A DNA stretch of 64,000 bases from the NCBI GenBank assembly GCA_963841435.1, contig CAWJCS010000005.1, forward strand, positions 1,344,001 to 1,408,000, read 5' to 3'. The position numbers were made by a program, and so were the translations under genes. Each line of letters begins with the position of its first letter. Position 1 is the stretch's first letter. The notes below the pieces were generated by a model. It saw nothing but the letters and a program-made list of their open reading frames with translations, made no database searches and was not told the DNA's origin. This DNA comes from an uncultured delta proteobacterium (GTDB taxonomy: Bacteria; Myxococcota_A; Polyangia; Polyangiales; Polyangiaceae). Below are positions 49,940-60,345 of this stretch, piece after piece.

Positions 49940-50187
49940 CGACTGCTGAACGCATCAGGCAATTCATCGGGACGAACTTCTACGTGCCGGACCCCGCGGC
50001 GCTCAAGGACGATTCCTCGTTCCTCGACCTCGGAGTCATCGACTCGACCGGGGTGCTCGAGGTGGTGGGCTTCCTCGAGCAGGAGTTCGAGGTGAAGGTC
50101 GACGACATGGAAATCGTGCCGGAAAACTTCGACTCGATCGCGAATCTGGTGCGCTTCGTCGAACAGAAGAAGGGCTCAGCGGGATGA
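49936..50187 (+). CDS. acyl carrier protein
   Basis: GVIDSTGVLE (phosphopantetheine Ser) and ENFDSI. Confidence 0.95.
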   Translation: MTTAERIRQFIGTNFYVPDPAALKDDSSFLDLGVIDSTGVLEVVGFLEQEFEVKVDDMEIVPENFDSIANLVRFVEQKKGSAG

Positions 50188-50756
50188 AGCTCGGCGCGCT
50201 CGTGCAGCAGCTGAAGAGGGACTACTTCCGGCACGAGGCGTCGCTCAAGAACCCGGCGCTCTGGGCCGTGGCCGTGTACCGCTTCGGCAGGTACACCGAG
50301 GAGCTCGAGCCGGGCCTCGGCCGCGCACTCGCGTCGAAGGCCTACGGCATGATGTTCCTCGGGGTCGAGCTCACGAGCGGCATCGTGTTCAACCGGGAAG
50401 CATTGGTGGGCGAGGATTTCCACCTCATTCACTGGGGTAACACGAAGATCCACCCCGGCGTCGTGATCGGCGACCGCGTAGGCATCATGCACGACGTGAC
50501 GCTCGGCACGTCCATGGAGCGCCCCGGCGTGCCAACGATCGGCAACGACGTGTTCATCGGCACGGGCGCCAAGATCCTCGGACCCGTGCGCGTGGGCGAC
50601 GGAGCGATCATCGCCGCCAATTCGCTCGTCATCACCGACGTGCCTCGGGGGGCCACGGCAATCGGCGTCCCTGCGCGAATGCTCAACTACACGGGGCGCG
50701 GCGACCGGGTGCCCGGCGAGAAGCGCGCCCCGACCGCCGGCGACCGCCCCGCCTAG
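50184..50756 (+). CDS. serine acetyltransferase-like hexapeptide-repeat acyltransferase
   Basis: YRFG, VTLG, PTIGNDVFIGTGAKILG and GVPAR. Confidence 0.9.
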   Translation: MKLGALVQQLKRDYFRHEASLKNPALWAVAVYRFGRYTEELEPGLGRALASKAYGMMFLGVELTSGIVFNREALVGEDFHLIHWGNTKIHPGVVIGDRVGIMHDVTLGTSMERPGVPTIGNDVFIGTGAKILGPVRVGDGAIIAANSLVITDVPRGATAIGVPARMLNYTGRGDRVPGEKRAPTAGDRPA

Positions 50757-50854
50757 CTCGCGAAGCAGAGTGCCGCGGAAGGGCCCGGGAGCGCGCCGTG
50801 ACGCTCGGAGCGGCTGGCTCGCACGCGCGCGCCGAGGTCGGCCTTTTCGCGCGC

Positions 50855-51838
50855 TCAGCGTGCCCTAGCGAGCTGTCGCGAGGCGTCGTGGGGCAGCTCG
50901 GCATGGCGTCCCAGACCGGCACGCTCGACCGCGCGGTTGAGTTGGTCGACGATCTCCGGGGCGGCGCGCTTCTGGCCATCCGACGTCGGATGGCTGTTCT
51001 TGCCGCCGTCGCTCGGGAAAGCGAGAAAGTTCGAGGCGCCGTGATCGGTGAGAAGGTCGTAGTAATCGATGACCGCGACGTTCTTCAGCGGATAACCCTC
51101 GAGCCAGCCCTGCTCCGACGCCGCCCAACTCGCAAACTCCCGCGCGAGCGGCGCGGCCTTCTCCATGCGGCGGACGGTGCTGCGCCCCGTCACGGCGCGG
51201 ACCAGCCACAGGCCGAGCCGCTCCGGATAGGTGCGGGGCGCGAGCGGCGGCGTCGTGAGGAACACGAACAAGGTTTCGGGGTGGCGCTCGAAGGTCGGCA
51301 GGATGCTGCGCATGGCGGCCTTCGCGTTCTCGAGCGTCAGCCCGGGACCCTTGGGGTTGCCCGGCGCTTCGCCGCGACCCACGAATTCGTTGTTCGGGTA
51401 GCACGACTTGAACAGGATGACGTCGTGCCTCTTGCCATCGGCCATCGGGGCGTCGCCGTCTTCGGTCGTGAGAAGCTCGGCGATGTGCGCGTTGAACTTG
51501 GCGGGCCAGTCGAACACGTCCGTCTGGTCGCCGAGCCGGCTGTGATAGGTCGCCGTGTGCACCTCGTAGCCAGCCTTTTCGAGCAGGCGCCGCATGCCGC
51601 CACCGCGTGGGCTCTGACCGCGAACCCCTTCGGGCCCCGGTTCGGCGAGCAGCTGATCGCCGATCGAGTGGTGAATGAAGAGCAGATCGAGCTTCCGCTC
51701 GGGGGCGGGCGCGCGCGGCCCGGCCGTCACCTTCGAGCGCCCCGCCGGCACGGAGTGGGCCGTGCCCTGGATTGGAATCAAGAGCGCGGCCCCGGAAAGC
51801 ACGAGGCCAACCGCACCCGCGAGAACCCACTTCCTCAT
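50855..51838 (-). CDS. exported SGNH-like hypothetical protein
   Basis: Signal peptide; FIHHSIG, FKSCYPN, TTPP and SHP motifs suggest a Ser/His hydrolase fold (inference). Confidence 0.6.
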   Translation of the reverse strand: MRKWVLAGAVGLVLSGAALLIPIQGTAHSVPAGRSKVTAGPRAPAPERKLDLLFIHHSIGDQLLAEPGPEGVRGQSPRGGGMRRLLEKAGYEVHTATYHSRLGDQTDVFDWPAKFNAHIAELLTTEDGDAPMADGKRHDVILFKSCYPNNEFVGRGEAPGNPKGPGLTLENAKAAMRSILPTFERHPETLFVFLTTPPLAPRTYPERLGLWLVRAVTGRSTVRRMEKAAPLAREFASWAASEQGWLEGYPLKNVAVIDYYDLLTDHGASNFLAFPSDGGKNSHPTSDGQKRAAPEIVDQLNRAVERAGLGRHAELPHDASRQLARAR

Positions 51839-51947
51839 GCGCGCACCGTAGCATCCGGCGGCCGCGCGAGCCAAACACTCGAGATCGCGGAAGAACGCCA
51901 CGCTCGGTCTGCGTGCATTCCCGGCAACGGCGAGCGCGACCCGCGCG

Positions 51948-53012
51948 TCAGCCGCGGCGATACACGATGAGATCGTCGCGCGGGCGACCGCGGCGCTGCA
52001 GCCGGTCGAGCAGGTAGCGCACCGAGCCCCAAAAGCTTGCGGCCTTGCAGACCAGATTGAGCGCCGCATAGGCGACCGCCGTTGGCAATCGAGCGCCGCG
52101 CCGCCGCGCCCAGCGCGTCATCGTGAAGAGCACCCGCAGGTACGAAAAGAGCACGAGCAGCGCGAGCGGCCAGTAGACGAGGCCGAGCCCGACGGCGATG
52201 AGCGGCAGCACGAGGACGTAGATCGCCGAGCTTCTCGCGCGCTTGAGGAGCAGCTTGCCGGGACCTTTTCGGTACCGGAAACCGACCTCGAGGTAACCGT
52301 AACCCGCGCGCAAACTGCGCCGAAAATACTCGCCGAAACGCGTCATGCGCGCGTCGTGTGACGTCATCTCGCTTCCGAGCCGGACGATCTTCCAACCCTT
52401 TTCCCGGATGCGGAACGAAACGTCGATGTCCTCGGCGTTGATCGTCGAAGCCGACCAACCGCCCGCGTCAACGATGGCGCGCGTGCGCACGAGCACGTCG
52501 CCTCCGAAGTTCGAAACCTCTCCCGGCGGATGGTCCCAATCAACGTCCATGAGTCGGCTGTAGAACGACTCGCGCACGCGCTCCTCGCGGCGGCGCCCGA
52601 ACACCGCCGCAACGTCCGGGTGCGCGTCGAGGTAGCGCACCGCCTCCTCCACCCAACCGGGCTGAAGCAGGCAATCGCCGTCGATGAAGTGGACCAACGG
52701 CAAGTCGGGCCTGAGCCGGACGACCGCTTCCAGGCCCTCCTGCCGGCCGCGCGAAGGCGTGAACGGCGCTTCGGTGAAATGGAGCACCGTGGCGCCGCGC
52801 GCCGCGGCCGCCTCGCGGCTGCCGTCGGTCGAGTTCGAGTCCGCGTAGACGGTGAGCGCGAACGAGCGCGTTGCGATCGCCAGGCCCCGGAGCAAGCGCT
52901 CGCCCTCGTTCTTCCCGATGACGACGCCGGCCACGCGCTCGCCACCCGGCGGCAGCGCGTTCGGCCGCGCGGGATTCGCTCCGTCAACACTGGAAGGGGT
53001 CTCGACCGTCAC
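51948..53012 (-). CDS. GT2 family glycosyltransferase
   Basis: VVIGKNEG, DSNSTDGS, FIDGD, AEDID and C-terminal TM segments. Start uncertain. Confidence 0.9.
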   Translation of the reverse strand: MTVETPSSVDGANPARPNALPPGGERVAGVVIGKNEGERLLRGLAIATRSFALTVYADSNSTDGSREAAAARGATVLHFTEAPFTPSRGRQEGLEAVVRLRPDLPLVHFIDGDCLLQPGWVEEAVRYLDAHPDVAAVFGRRREERVRESFYSRLMDVDWDHPPGEVSNFGGDVLVRTRAIVDAGGWSASTINAEDIDVSFRIREKGWKIVRLGSEMTSHDARMTRFGEYFRRSLRAGYGYLEVGFRYRKGPGKLLLKRARSSAIYVLVLPLIAVGLGLVYWPLALLVLFSYLRVLFTMTRWARRRGARLPTAVAYAALNLVCKAASFWGSVRYLLDRLQRRGRPRDDLIVYRRG

Positions 53013-53054
53013 GCTCGCGCGGGCCTTTATACGCCAAGCGGGCGGGAGTGCGAT

Positions 53055-54083
53055 ATGAACGGGCTCGGAAAACCCCGCGACCCGACGATGCAAGGCGAAG
53101 CCTCAAAGAACCCCGCCGAAGGCGAGCGCGCGCGCGTGCTCGTCGTGATCGTCAACTTCCGGACACCGGACCTCACCATCGACAGCTTGCGAAGTCTGGC
53201 TCCCGAAGCGAAAACGGTACCCGGCGTCCGCGTCGTGGTCGTCGAGAACGACTCGGGGGACGACTCGGCCGACGCGTTGCGCCGCGCCATCGACGAAAAC
53301 GGCTGGTCGCACGTCGAGCTCGTGCTCTCGGACAAGAATCGCGGCTTTGCCGGTGGCAACAACCTGGGCATCGCGCACGGCGAGCCCGCCGAGTTCGTGC
53401 TGCTTTTGAACAGCGACACCATCATGCACCGGGGCTGCCTCGAGCGGTGTCTCGCCGTGATGGCCGAGCACCCCGAAGCCGGGGCGATGAGCTGCCGCGT
53501 GCTCAACCGCGACGGCACCATCCAGAACGTGACGCGTCGCTTCCCGACGCCGGTGCTCTCGACGGTGGCAGCCTTCGGTCTGCCCTGGAAATTGCCCGCG
53601 TTCTTCAAGTGGGCCGACGCGGAGGATCTGGATTGGGACCGCGAGGGCGGGGCGCGCAACGTCAACTGGCTCGGCGGCGCTTTTCTTTTCGTGCGTTCGG
53701 CGGCCTTTCCCGAAGGGAAAGTGCGACTCGACGAGGACTTCTTCTTCTACGGCGAGGACGTGGTGTTCAGCCACGTGCTGATGCGCCGTGGCTACACCCG
53801 ACGCTACGACCCGGTCGCGTCAATCGTGCACCTCGGCGGCGCTTCGTCGGATCCGAGCCGCATGCCGAGCAGCGAGCGATCGATTCAGCGCTGGAAGGCG
53901 CGCTACCTCGTGCAGGAGAAGTGCTACGGGCGCGCTGCCGCCAGCTGGTTGCGTGGTGTCAACCTCGTGACGACGAGCGCGCGCATCGTGCGGGCCCTCG
54001 CGCGCCGGCCCGCCGATCGCAACAAGCTCGACCGCCTCGTCGGCCAGCTCGGGACCATCCGCGCCACGCGGGGCCCTGGATGA
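53055..54083 (+). CDS. GT2 family glycosyltransferase (rhamnosyltransferase-like)
   Basis: IVNF, ENDSGD, NRGFAGGNN, LLNSD, FFFYGED and HLGGAS. Confidence 0.92.
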   Translation: MNGLGKPRDPTMQGEASKNPAEGERARVLVVIVNFRTPDLTIDSLRSLAPEAKTVPGVRVVVVENDSGDDSADALRRAIDENGWSHVELVLSDKNRGFAGGNNLGIAHGEPAEFVLLLNSDTIMHRGCLERCLAVMAEHPEAGAMSCRVLNRDGTIQNVTRRFPTPVLSTVAAFGLPWKLPAFFKWADAEDLDWDREGGARNVNWLGGAFLFVRSAAFPEGKVRLDEDFFFYGEDVVFSHVLMRRGYTRRYDPVASIVHLGGASSDPSRMPSSERSIQRWKARYLVQEKCYGRAAASWLRGVNLVTTSARIVRALARRPADRNKLDRLVGQLGTIRATRGPG

Positions 54084-55197
54084 GCGCCGCGGTGCGCGTC
54101 GCCTTCTGCCTGCCGGGACTCCATCGCGTCGCACGAGGCGCCGAGGTGGCCTTCGAGTCCATCGCGGCGGCGCTCGCTCGGCGCGCCGACTACGAGGTCA
54201 CGCTGTTCGGTTCCGGTGAAGCACGGGCGGGCGATCCTTACCGATTCGTGCATGCGGACTGCGTGCCGCGCGAACGCTTCGAGCGCTGGCCGAAGGGCCC
54301 CATCCTGCGCACGGACGGGCACTGGGAGGAGCTCACGTTCTTGCCCGGGTTTCTCCGACGCTTTCGGCCCAGCGACTTCAACGTCGTCGTCACCTGCAGC
54401 TATCCGCTGCAAACGTGGGCGGTGCGCGCACGTCGCGGGCGTCGGCGCCGCCCGCTGCACGTGTTCGTTACGGAGAACGGCGACTGGCCACTTTATCGGA
54501 AGAACTCCGAGTACCTGCTGTTCGACTGCGATGCACTCGTCTGCATCAACCCCGACTATTACGACGCCCACGCTGGGAGCTTTCGCACTGCGCTGATCCC
54601 GAACGGCGTGGACACGACGACGTTCTATCCAGCGGCCGGTGATCGCGCACGCTTCGGGCTCGGACCCGAGGATCGCGTGGTGTTGATGGCGAGCGCGCTC
54701 ATTCCGAGTAAGCGTGTGATGGAGGGCATTTCGGCGGTCGCCAAGCTCACGAGTGCTAGCCTGGTCGTCGCGGGTGACGGCCCGTTGCGCGGCGAGGTCG
54801 AGCGCGCGGGCAACGAGCTCATGGGTGCGAGGTTCCGCCGGCTCCGAGTGCCACGCGAGGACATGCCGGCGCTCTATCGCAGCGCTGATGCCTTCCTCCA
54901 CATGAGCTTGGATGAGCCGTTCGGCAACGTCTACGTGGAGGCGCTCGCGAGCGGTCTTCCCATCGTGACCCACGACCGCCGCGTCACGCGCTGGACGCTC
55001 GGCGCCCACGGCACGTTCGTCGATGCCCAGAACCCGGAGAGCGTCGCGGCCGCCGTCGAACGGGTGCTCGCCGAGCCGGGGTCCAAAGAAGCTCGTGCGG
55101 CCGAGGCGCGGAACCGCTTCGACTGGAAACGCATCGCGGAAAAATACGCCGACTTCTTAACGAAGTGCTCGGCACGGAAGCCTCGGGGGCTGCATAA
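54080..55197 (+). CDS. GT4 family glycosyltransferase; C-terminal single-base deletion near 55158
   Basis: GAE, IPNGVD, K, AGDGP, EPFGNVYVEALASGLP and FDW. Restoring one base gives FLDEVLGTEASGAA* ending at 55197. Confidence 0.88.
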
Positions 55198-55372
55198 GTG
55201 CGTCCACCGGCGGGAATTGCCCGCGCCCACCACACCGTTTCCCGACGACGCCCCGTGCCCGACCCCGCCAAACCACCAAACGTCCGGGCGGGTCGCCGAG
55301 GCAGCCGAGCCGTTTGACAGGGCGCGGCGAAAAGCTAGCCTCGGTAGGCTCACGCGCTCGCGGAGCACAGGC

Positions 55373-57274
55373 ATGACGGGACCGCACGAAACCTTGCCGG
55401 AGCCGGAGGGCGAGCCGTCCGAGGCAATCCAAGCCGGAACGGCGGATCTCGTCGCGCGCGCCAATTTGGTGGTGGTGGGCGGCAAGCTCACGGGGCGCGT
55501 CTTCCCGCTGCTGCGCCCCGAGACCAGAGTGGGTCGCACGGCGGCCGCCCACATCCAGCTCGAGGAGCGCGCCATCTCGACCCGGCACGCCACAATCGTC
55601 CAGACGCCCGACGGTCACTCGGTCATCGACCACGGCTCGACGAACGGCACCTTCCTGAACGGTCGCAGGCTCGCACCCAACGAACCGTTCGAGCTCAGCC
55701 CCGGCGATAGCCTCCAGTTCGCGGAGACGGTGCTCACCTACCTCCCCACCAACGCGGATGGGTCGCAGGAGCAGACTCACTACCTTTCAAAGCTGCTCCC
55801 GCAGGTGGCGCAGTCCTCCGCGTTGCAGCTCCCCGACACGGGCCTCCCCGACGCGCAGCTCCTGGTGCAGCTGCTCAAGGCCACCCAGCCCGAGGAGGCG
55901 CCCAAGGAGTCGGTCTCGCTCGAGCAGCGGATTGCGCAGCTCAGGCAGCTGGTCAACATGATCCGGCGCAACTGGCTTCCGCTGTTCTTGTGCGCGGCGC
56001 TGATGGCGCTCGCGGCGGACGCGTCGGTCTTCTTGAAGCCGCCGCAGAGCGTGGCCAAGTGCCGCATTCGCATCACGCCCCCGGCTGGCGAAAAGTACGA
56101 TCCGTACGACAGGGACAACGACAGCTTCACCGTCCCGCTGATCCAGAGCTTCACGAGCCCCACGCTCATCGAGGCGACACTGAAGGCGATGGGCGTCCCT
56201 CATCCCAACAAGTACAAGGTGGATGACACGCTCACCTTCCTCACCTTCAAGCCGACGCAGTACGCGACGTACGAGGGGACCTACACCAACACCGATCCGA
56301 GGTACGCCGTCGAGTTCCTGACCAAGCACGTGGAGGGTTTTCTCAAGACGGAAATCTCGCACGCGCTGCACGTCGCGAAGACCGAGGTGGAGTTTCTCGA
56401 GTCGCGAGTCAAGGAGCGCGAGGCGGAGCTTCGCAAGACCGAGGCGGAGCTCGAGAAGTTCAAGCAGGCGAACATGGTCGGGCTGCCGGAGTTCGCGATC
56501 CAGCACGTGAACTCGCGCGAGGCGCTCTACAAGCAGCGATCCGACCTCGGCGCCCAAATGGCACGCGCCAACCTCGAGCTTGGCGCGGCACGCAAGCGCA
56601 TGTCCGAGCAATCGCCACTGCTCACCAAACGCGCCGAAGGGGCCGCGCCCTACGAGACGGCATTGGTCAACACGAGGCGAAAGCTCGGCGAGGCCCGCGC
56701 GAAAGGCTTCGGCGACCAACACCCCGAGGTGATCGCCCTGATGAAGCAGGAGAAGGAGCTGCAGGATCTGGCCGACAAGGCCCGCAACACGCAGTTCTCC
56801 TCCCTGGATAAAAGCGCCAACCCCGGACTCATCGACGAGAGGCACCGTGTCGCCGATCTCGAGGTCGCCCAGCGCGCCATCGGCGCTCAGCTCGGCGAGG
56901 TGAACGAGCAGCTCAAGCGGCTCGACGGCATCGTCGACAAGCTGCCGGAGGTCGAGGCTCGCTTCGCGGAGCTGACGCGCGCCTACAACGTGAACACCGA
57001 CCTTCACGCGCAGCTGTTCTCCCAGCTGCGCCAGAAGCAGCTGGCGCTGGATCTCGAGCGTAGCTCCGTGATGGCCCGCTACGAGGTTCTCGTGCCGCCC
57101 GAAACGTCGGGCGTGCAGCTGCGCCGCGTGCTCCTGCTTCGTACGCTCATTGGCATCGCCGGCGGGCTCGTGCTCGGCGCCTTCGTCGTGGCCATTCTCG
57201 AGCTTCGCCGCTATCTCGCCACGCGGCGCTCGACGAGCCAGGCCATCGTGCTCAGCACCGTGCGCCCGGACTGA
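55373..57274 (+). CDS. FHA domain fused to a GumC/Wzc-like polysaccharide co-polymerase (no tyrosine kinase domain)
   Basis: FHA motifs VGR, ISTRHA, DHGSTNGTFLNG and GD. Then TM1, a long coiled coil with FGDQHPEV, TM2 and a short tail without Walker motifs. Confidence 0.88.
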   Translation: MTGPHETLPEPEGEPSEAIQAGTADLVARANLVVVGGKLTGRVFPLLRPETRVGRTAAAHIQLEERAISTRHATIVQTPDGHSVIDHGSTNGTFLNGRRLAPNEPFELSPGDSLQFAETVLTYLPTNADGSQEQTHYLSKLLPQVAQSSALQLPDTGLPDAQLLVQLLKATQPEEAPKESVSLEQRIAQLRQLVNMIRRNWLPLFLCAALMALAADASVFLKPPQSVAKCRIRITPPAGEKYDPYDRDNDSFTVPLIQSFTSPTLIEATLKAMGVPHPNKYKVDDTLTFLTFKPTQYATYEGTYTNTDPRYAVEFLTKHVEGFLKTEISHALHVAKTEVEFLESRVKEREAELRKTEAELEKFKQANMVGLPEFAIQHVNSREALYKQRSDLGAQMARANLELGAARKRMSEQSPLLTKRAEGAAPYETALVNTRRKLGEARAKGFGDQHPEVIALMKQEKELQDLADKARNTQFSSLDKSANPGLIDERHRVADLEVAQRAIGAQLGEVNEQLKRLDGIVDKLPEVEARFAELTRAYNVNTDLHAQLFSQLRQKQLALDLERSSVMARYEVLVPPETSGVQLRRVLLLRTLIGIAGGLVLGAFVVAILELRRYLATRRSTSQAIVLSTVRPD

Positions 57275-57280
57275 CCGAGC

Positions 57281-58738
57281 TCAGCGCGAGGTCACGTTGC
57301 CCTGCAAGGCGGCCGCCTGGGAGAGGCGCCGTCGGACCCAGAGCACGACCGCCAGGCGTGCAACCTCGGCGCGTGTCAGGCGCGCGCCCTTCTCGCCGGC
57401 GAGCCCTTGCGAAAGACCGGCGAGCGTGCCCGCGAGGAAAATGGGCAGGTCGTTGAAGCCGCCGTTCGGCAGCAGATCCAGCGTGTAGACGATGGAGATC
57501 ATGCCGACGCCGGCGAGCAGGCGCTGATGCTCCCGGGGCACGCGAGGCAGGCTCCGGAGCGCCATGCCGAGCGGCAAGACGAGCAGACCGAAGTACGTGA
57601 TGTACTCGGCGAACCCACCGCGTCCGAGGATGGCGATCCAAGCGCCGTCGATCACGGAGATGTTTTTGCCCTCGGAGGTCCAAATGTGACCCCGCGCGAA
57701 GTAGCTCCAGCCAAAGAGCGGTCGCTCCCAAAACTTGTCGAGCAGCATGTCCTCGTTCGTGAAGCGGAAGCCGAGCGACGCACCGCGCTCCGGGCTCAGG
57801 CCGTAGAAGAAGTCGCAAATGTCTTGCGCGGGGAAGATCCCGGTCAGGCGCAGGACGGGATAGAGAAAGACGATGATCCCCAACCCCGCGGCAAGCCGCA
57901 GCTGCGCGCGCGGCGTCAATACCCACATCAGGGGCACGAGCACTATCCCGTAAACCAGGGCTCCGAGGCTGTTCAAGAGCGCCAAGATCACCGTCACGTA
58001 GATCGCTAGCGCGGTCGGGTGGAGCCAGCGCACCGCGCGGACACGCGCCCTGACGAGTGCCCAGGAGGCAAGCGCTGACGCGCAGACGAACAGGGCCAGC
58101 GCGAGCCCGTGATGCATGAAGACTTGCGGCCGCCACCCGTCCGCTCGCTTCACCTGTCCCCAGGCGTGCTGGCGGTACCCGTAAATCCAGGAGTGGAGCT
58201 GCGGGCTCATCTTCAGCTCGAACAGAATGAGCGGGGAGTAGATGAGAAACGCGATGACGAGCGCCTTGAGCAGATCGCGAGCGTCGCTGGAGGTTCGAAA
58301 CATGGTCCGCCCGACGAGGAACGGGACGAACGTGTGGAGCGCCATGCTCAGACTGAACGACACGAGATCGTAAGGGCCCTGACCCTGGATGGTCTTCGGA
58401 CCGTAGTGCAGCGTGTCCTGATTCGTGAAGATGGTCCCGGCGAGCGCCACCAGCGAGAGCAGCATCAGTCGATCGATCCCGTGGCCGGGTTTCGCGCTTC
58501 GGAACTTCGGTCGTGCCCCGAGATACACGCCGCAAAAGATGCAGAGCGCGGGTAGCGTGAGCTTGTCGAGGGTCGGAATCAGCGGCGCATCGAATTGCAG
58601 AAGCTCGGGCAGGAACAGCACCGTGCCCAGGAGGACGGCGAGCACCGCGCGGGGGGCCGGCAGTTGCGAAAACGCGAGCATGGTCGCCGGGACCACCAGC
58701 CACATCATCACGTACGCGAGGATTGTGGGGTGCTGCAC
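57281..58738 (-). CDS. Wzy polymerase/O-antigen ligase-like membrane protein
   Basis: Ten or more TM segments, RPQVFMHHGLAL, SLGFR, RPLFGW and DGAWI. Confidence 0.85.
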   Translation of the reverse strand: MQHPTILAYVMMWLVVPATMLAFSQLPAPRAVLAVLLGTVLFLPELLQFDAPLIPTLDKLTLPALCIFCGVYLGARPKFRSAKPGHGIDRLMLLSLVALAGTIFTNQDTLHYGPKTIQGQGPYDLVSFSLSMALHTFVPFLVGRTMFRTSSDARDLLKALVIAFLIYSPLILFELKMSPQLHSWIYGYRQHAWGQVKRADGWRPQVFMHHGLALALFVCASALASWALVRARVRAVRWLHPTALAIYVTVILALLNSLGALVYGIVLVPLMWVLTPRAQLRLAAGLGIIVFLYPVLRLTGIFPAQDICDFFYGLSPERGASLGFRFTNEDMLLDKFWERPLFGWSYFARGHIWTSEGKNISVIDGAWIAILGRGGFAEYITYFGLLVLPLGMALRSLPRVPREHQRLLAGVGMISIVYTLDLLPNGGFNDLPIFLAGTLAGLSQGLAGEKGARLTRAEVARLAVVLWVRRRLSQAAALQGNVTSR

Positions 58739-58920
58739 GAGTTCATGGTGCCTCGACGACGCGCAGGTTGCCAGCTACGAAGCGTGGCGCGACGCGACAG
58801 CGGGTCGCGATTGAGCCGGCCAGGCTCCGCCACGTCCAGAAACGGAGCACGGTTGCCCGGCGAAGACCCCAATGGTACGAGCCCACTCGCCGTGTTCGTC
58901 CGATGCTCCGCGGGAGTCGC

Positions 58921-60345
58921 ATGAGCCCCGAGGACTACACCGTCATCGTCGTAGGTACGGGGTTCGCGTCGTCCTTCTTCTTGCTGGAATACCTGAAGCA
59001 CGCGGAGCCCAGCGCTCGAGTGCTCGTCCTGGAGCGCGGCAGGCGTCTCGAGCCGACCACGAGGCTCAAGCAGCGCATCACCAGCGACGTCCGCTTCGAC
59101 GACGTGAGCATCAACCGAACGCCACGAAAGCCGTGGATCCAGAACATCGCCTTCGGGGGTGGCTCGTGCTGGACGGGGAACACGCCTCGGCTACACCCGA
59201 ACGACTTCAAGACGAAGTCCACCTACGGGGTCGGGCAGGACTGGCCCATCGGCTACGACGAGCTCGAGCCGTACTACACACGCGTCGAGGACGTGATGTG
59301 CATCGCGGGTGCGAGCGAAGGGCCCTACCCGCGATCGAAGCCGTACCCATCGCCGCCGCACCGCTTCAACGCCCTCGACGAGCTGCTCGCGGCCCGCTAT
59401 CCGGGCATGCACATCCATCTGCCGAGCGCTCGGGCGAGCAGCGAGCGCGCAGGCCGGCCGCTTTGCTGCGCCAGCGGGATTTGCAGCACCTGTCCGATCA
59501 TGGCGAAGTTCCAGGTCGACCAGCACATGACTCTGCCCTACGAGGATCCGCGGGTCACGCTGCGCCTCGACGCGAACGTGGAGCACGTCAACCTGCAGGG
59601 TGGGCAAGCCACCGGCGTCAGCTATTCGACGGCGGGGCGCACCTATTCGGTCAGGTCGGATCTCGTCGCGGTCGGAGCGCACGCGATCATGACGCCGTTC
59701 ATCCTGCTCAAGTCGGGCTTTCGCGACAAGGCGCTCGGTCACTACCTGAACGAGCAGATTTCTCGCGACGTGCGCGTCGATTTGCAGGGCGTTGACAACT
59801 ACGACGGCGGGCAGGCGGTCACGGGCCTCGGCCTCATGTTCCTGGACGGGGCGTTCCGCAAGACACGACCGGGCTGCTTGGTGGAGAACTGGAACGTGCC
59901 GTGGTTGCGCGCCGAGCCTGGTCGCTGGCGCCAGCGCGGCCTGCTCAAGTTCGTGTTCGAGGACGTGCCCGAGTACGACAACCACGTCGCGGTGAGCCGA
60001 GAGGATCCCTCGAAACCCGAGCTCTACTATCCCCGCCATTCGGCCTACATGAAGGCTGGGCTTTCCTCGGTGAAGCAGCGCATGGAGGAGCTCGCCGCAA
60101 AATTGCCGATCGAGGGGTACGACGTACGGCCGATCGAGGGGCTGGGTGGGTCGGCGCACATTCAGGGCACGACGCGCATGGGCACCGACCCGGCCGAAAG
60201 CGTCGTCAACCGGACGCTGCGACACCACACGGCCCGCAACCTGCTGGTCCTGGGCAGCGGCACCTTCCCCACCTGCCCTGCTGCCAACCCCACGTTGACC
60301 TTGTCGGCGCTCTCGATGTGGGCGGCGGAGCGTCTGTTCTCGTGA
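58921..60345 (+). CDS. GMC family oxidoreductase
   Basis: VVGTG, VLERG, WPIGYDELEPYY, C..SG.C..CP, HIQGTTRMG and NPTLT. Confidence 0.92.
   Translation: MSPEDYTVIVVGTGFASSFFLLEYLKHAEPSARVLVLERGRRLEPTTRLKQRITSDVRFDDVSINRTPRKPWIQNIAFGGGSCWTGNTPRLHPNDFKTKSTYGVGQDWPIGYDELEPYYTRVEDVMCIAGASEGPYPRSKPYPSPPHRFNALDELLAARYPGMHIHLPSARASSERAGRPLCCASGICSTCPIMAKFQVDQHMTLPYEDPRVTLRLDANVEHVNLQGGQATGVSYSTAGRTYSVRSDLVAVGAHAIMTPFILLKSGFRDKALGHYLNEQISRDVRVDLQGVDNYDGGQAVTGLGLMFLDGAFRKTRPGCLVENWNVPWLRAEPGRWRQRGLLKFVFEDVPEYDNHVAVSREDPSKPELYYPRHSAYMKAGLSSVKQRMEELAAKLPIEGYDVRPIEGLGGSAHIQGTTRMGTDPAESVVNRTLRHHTARNLLVLGSGTFPTCPAANPTLTLSALSMWAAERLFS

Noticed and set aside
53048-57274. 1408-aa ORF suggesting a GT4-FHA-Wzc mega-fusion
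   Set aside because: The first 344 codons are an off-frame shadow of the GT2 gene. GT4 starts at 54080 and ends at 55197 once one base is restored, and the FHA gene has its own GGAG and ATG at 55373.
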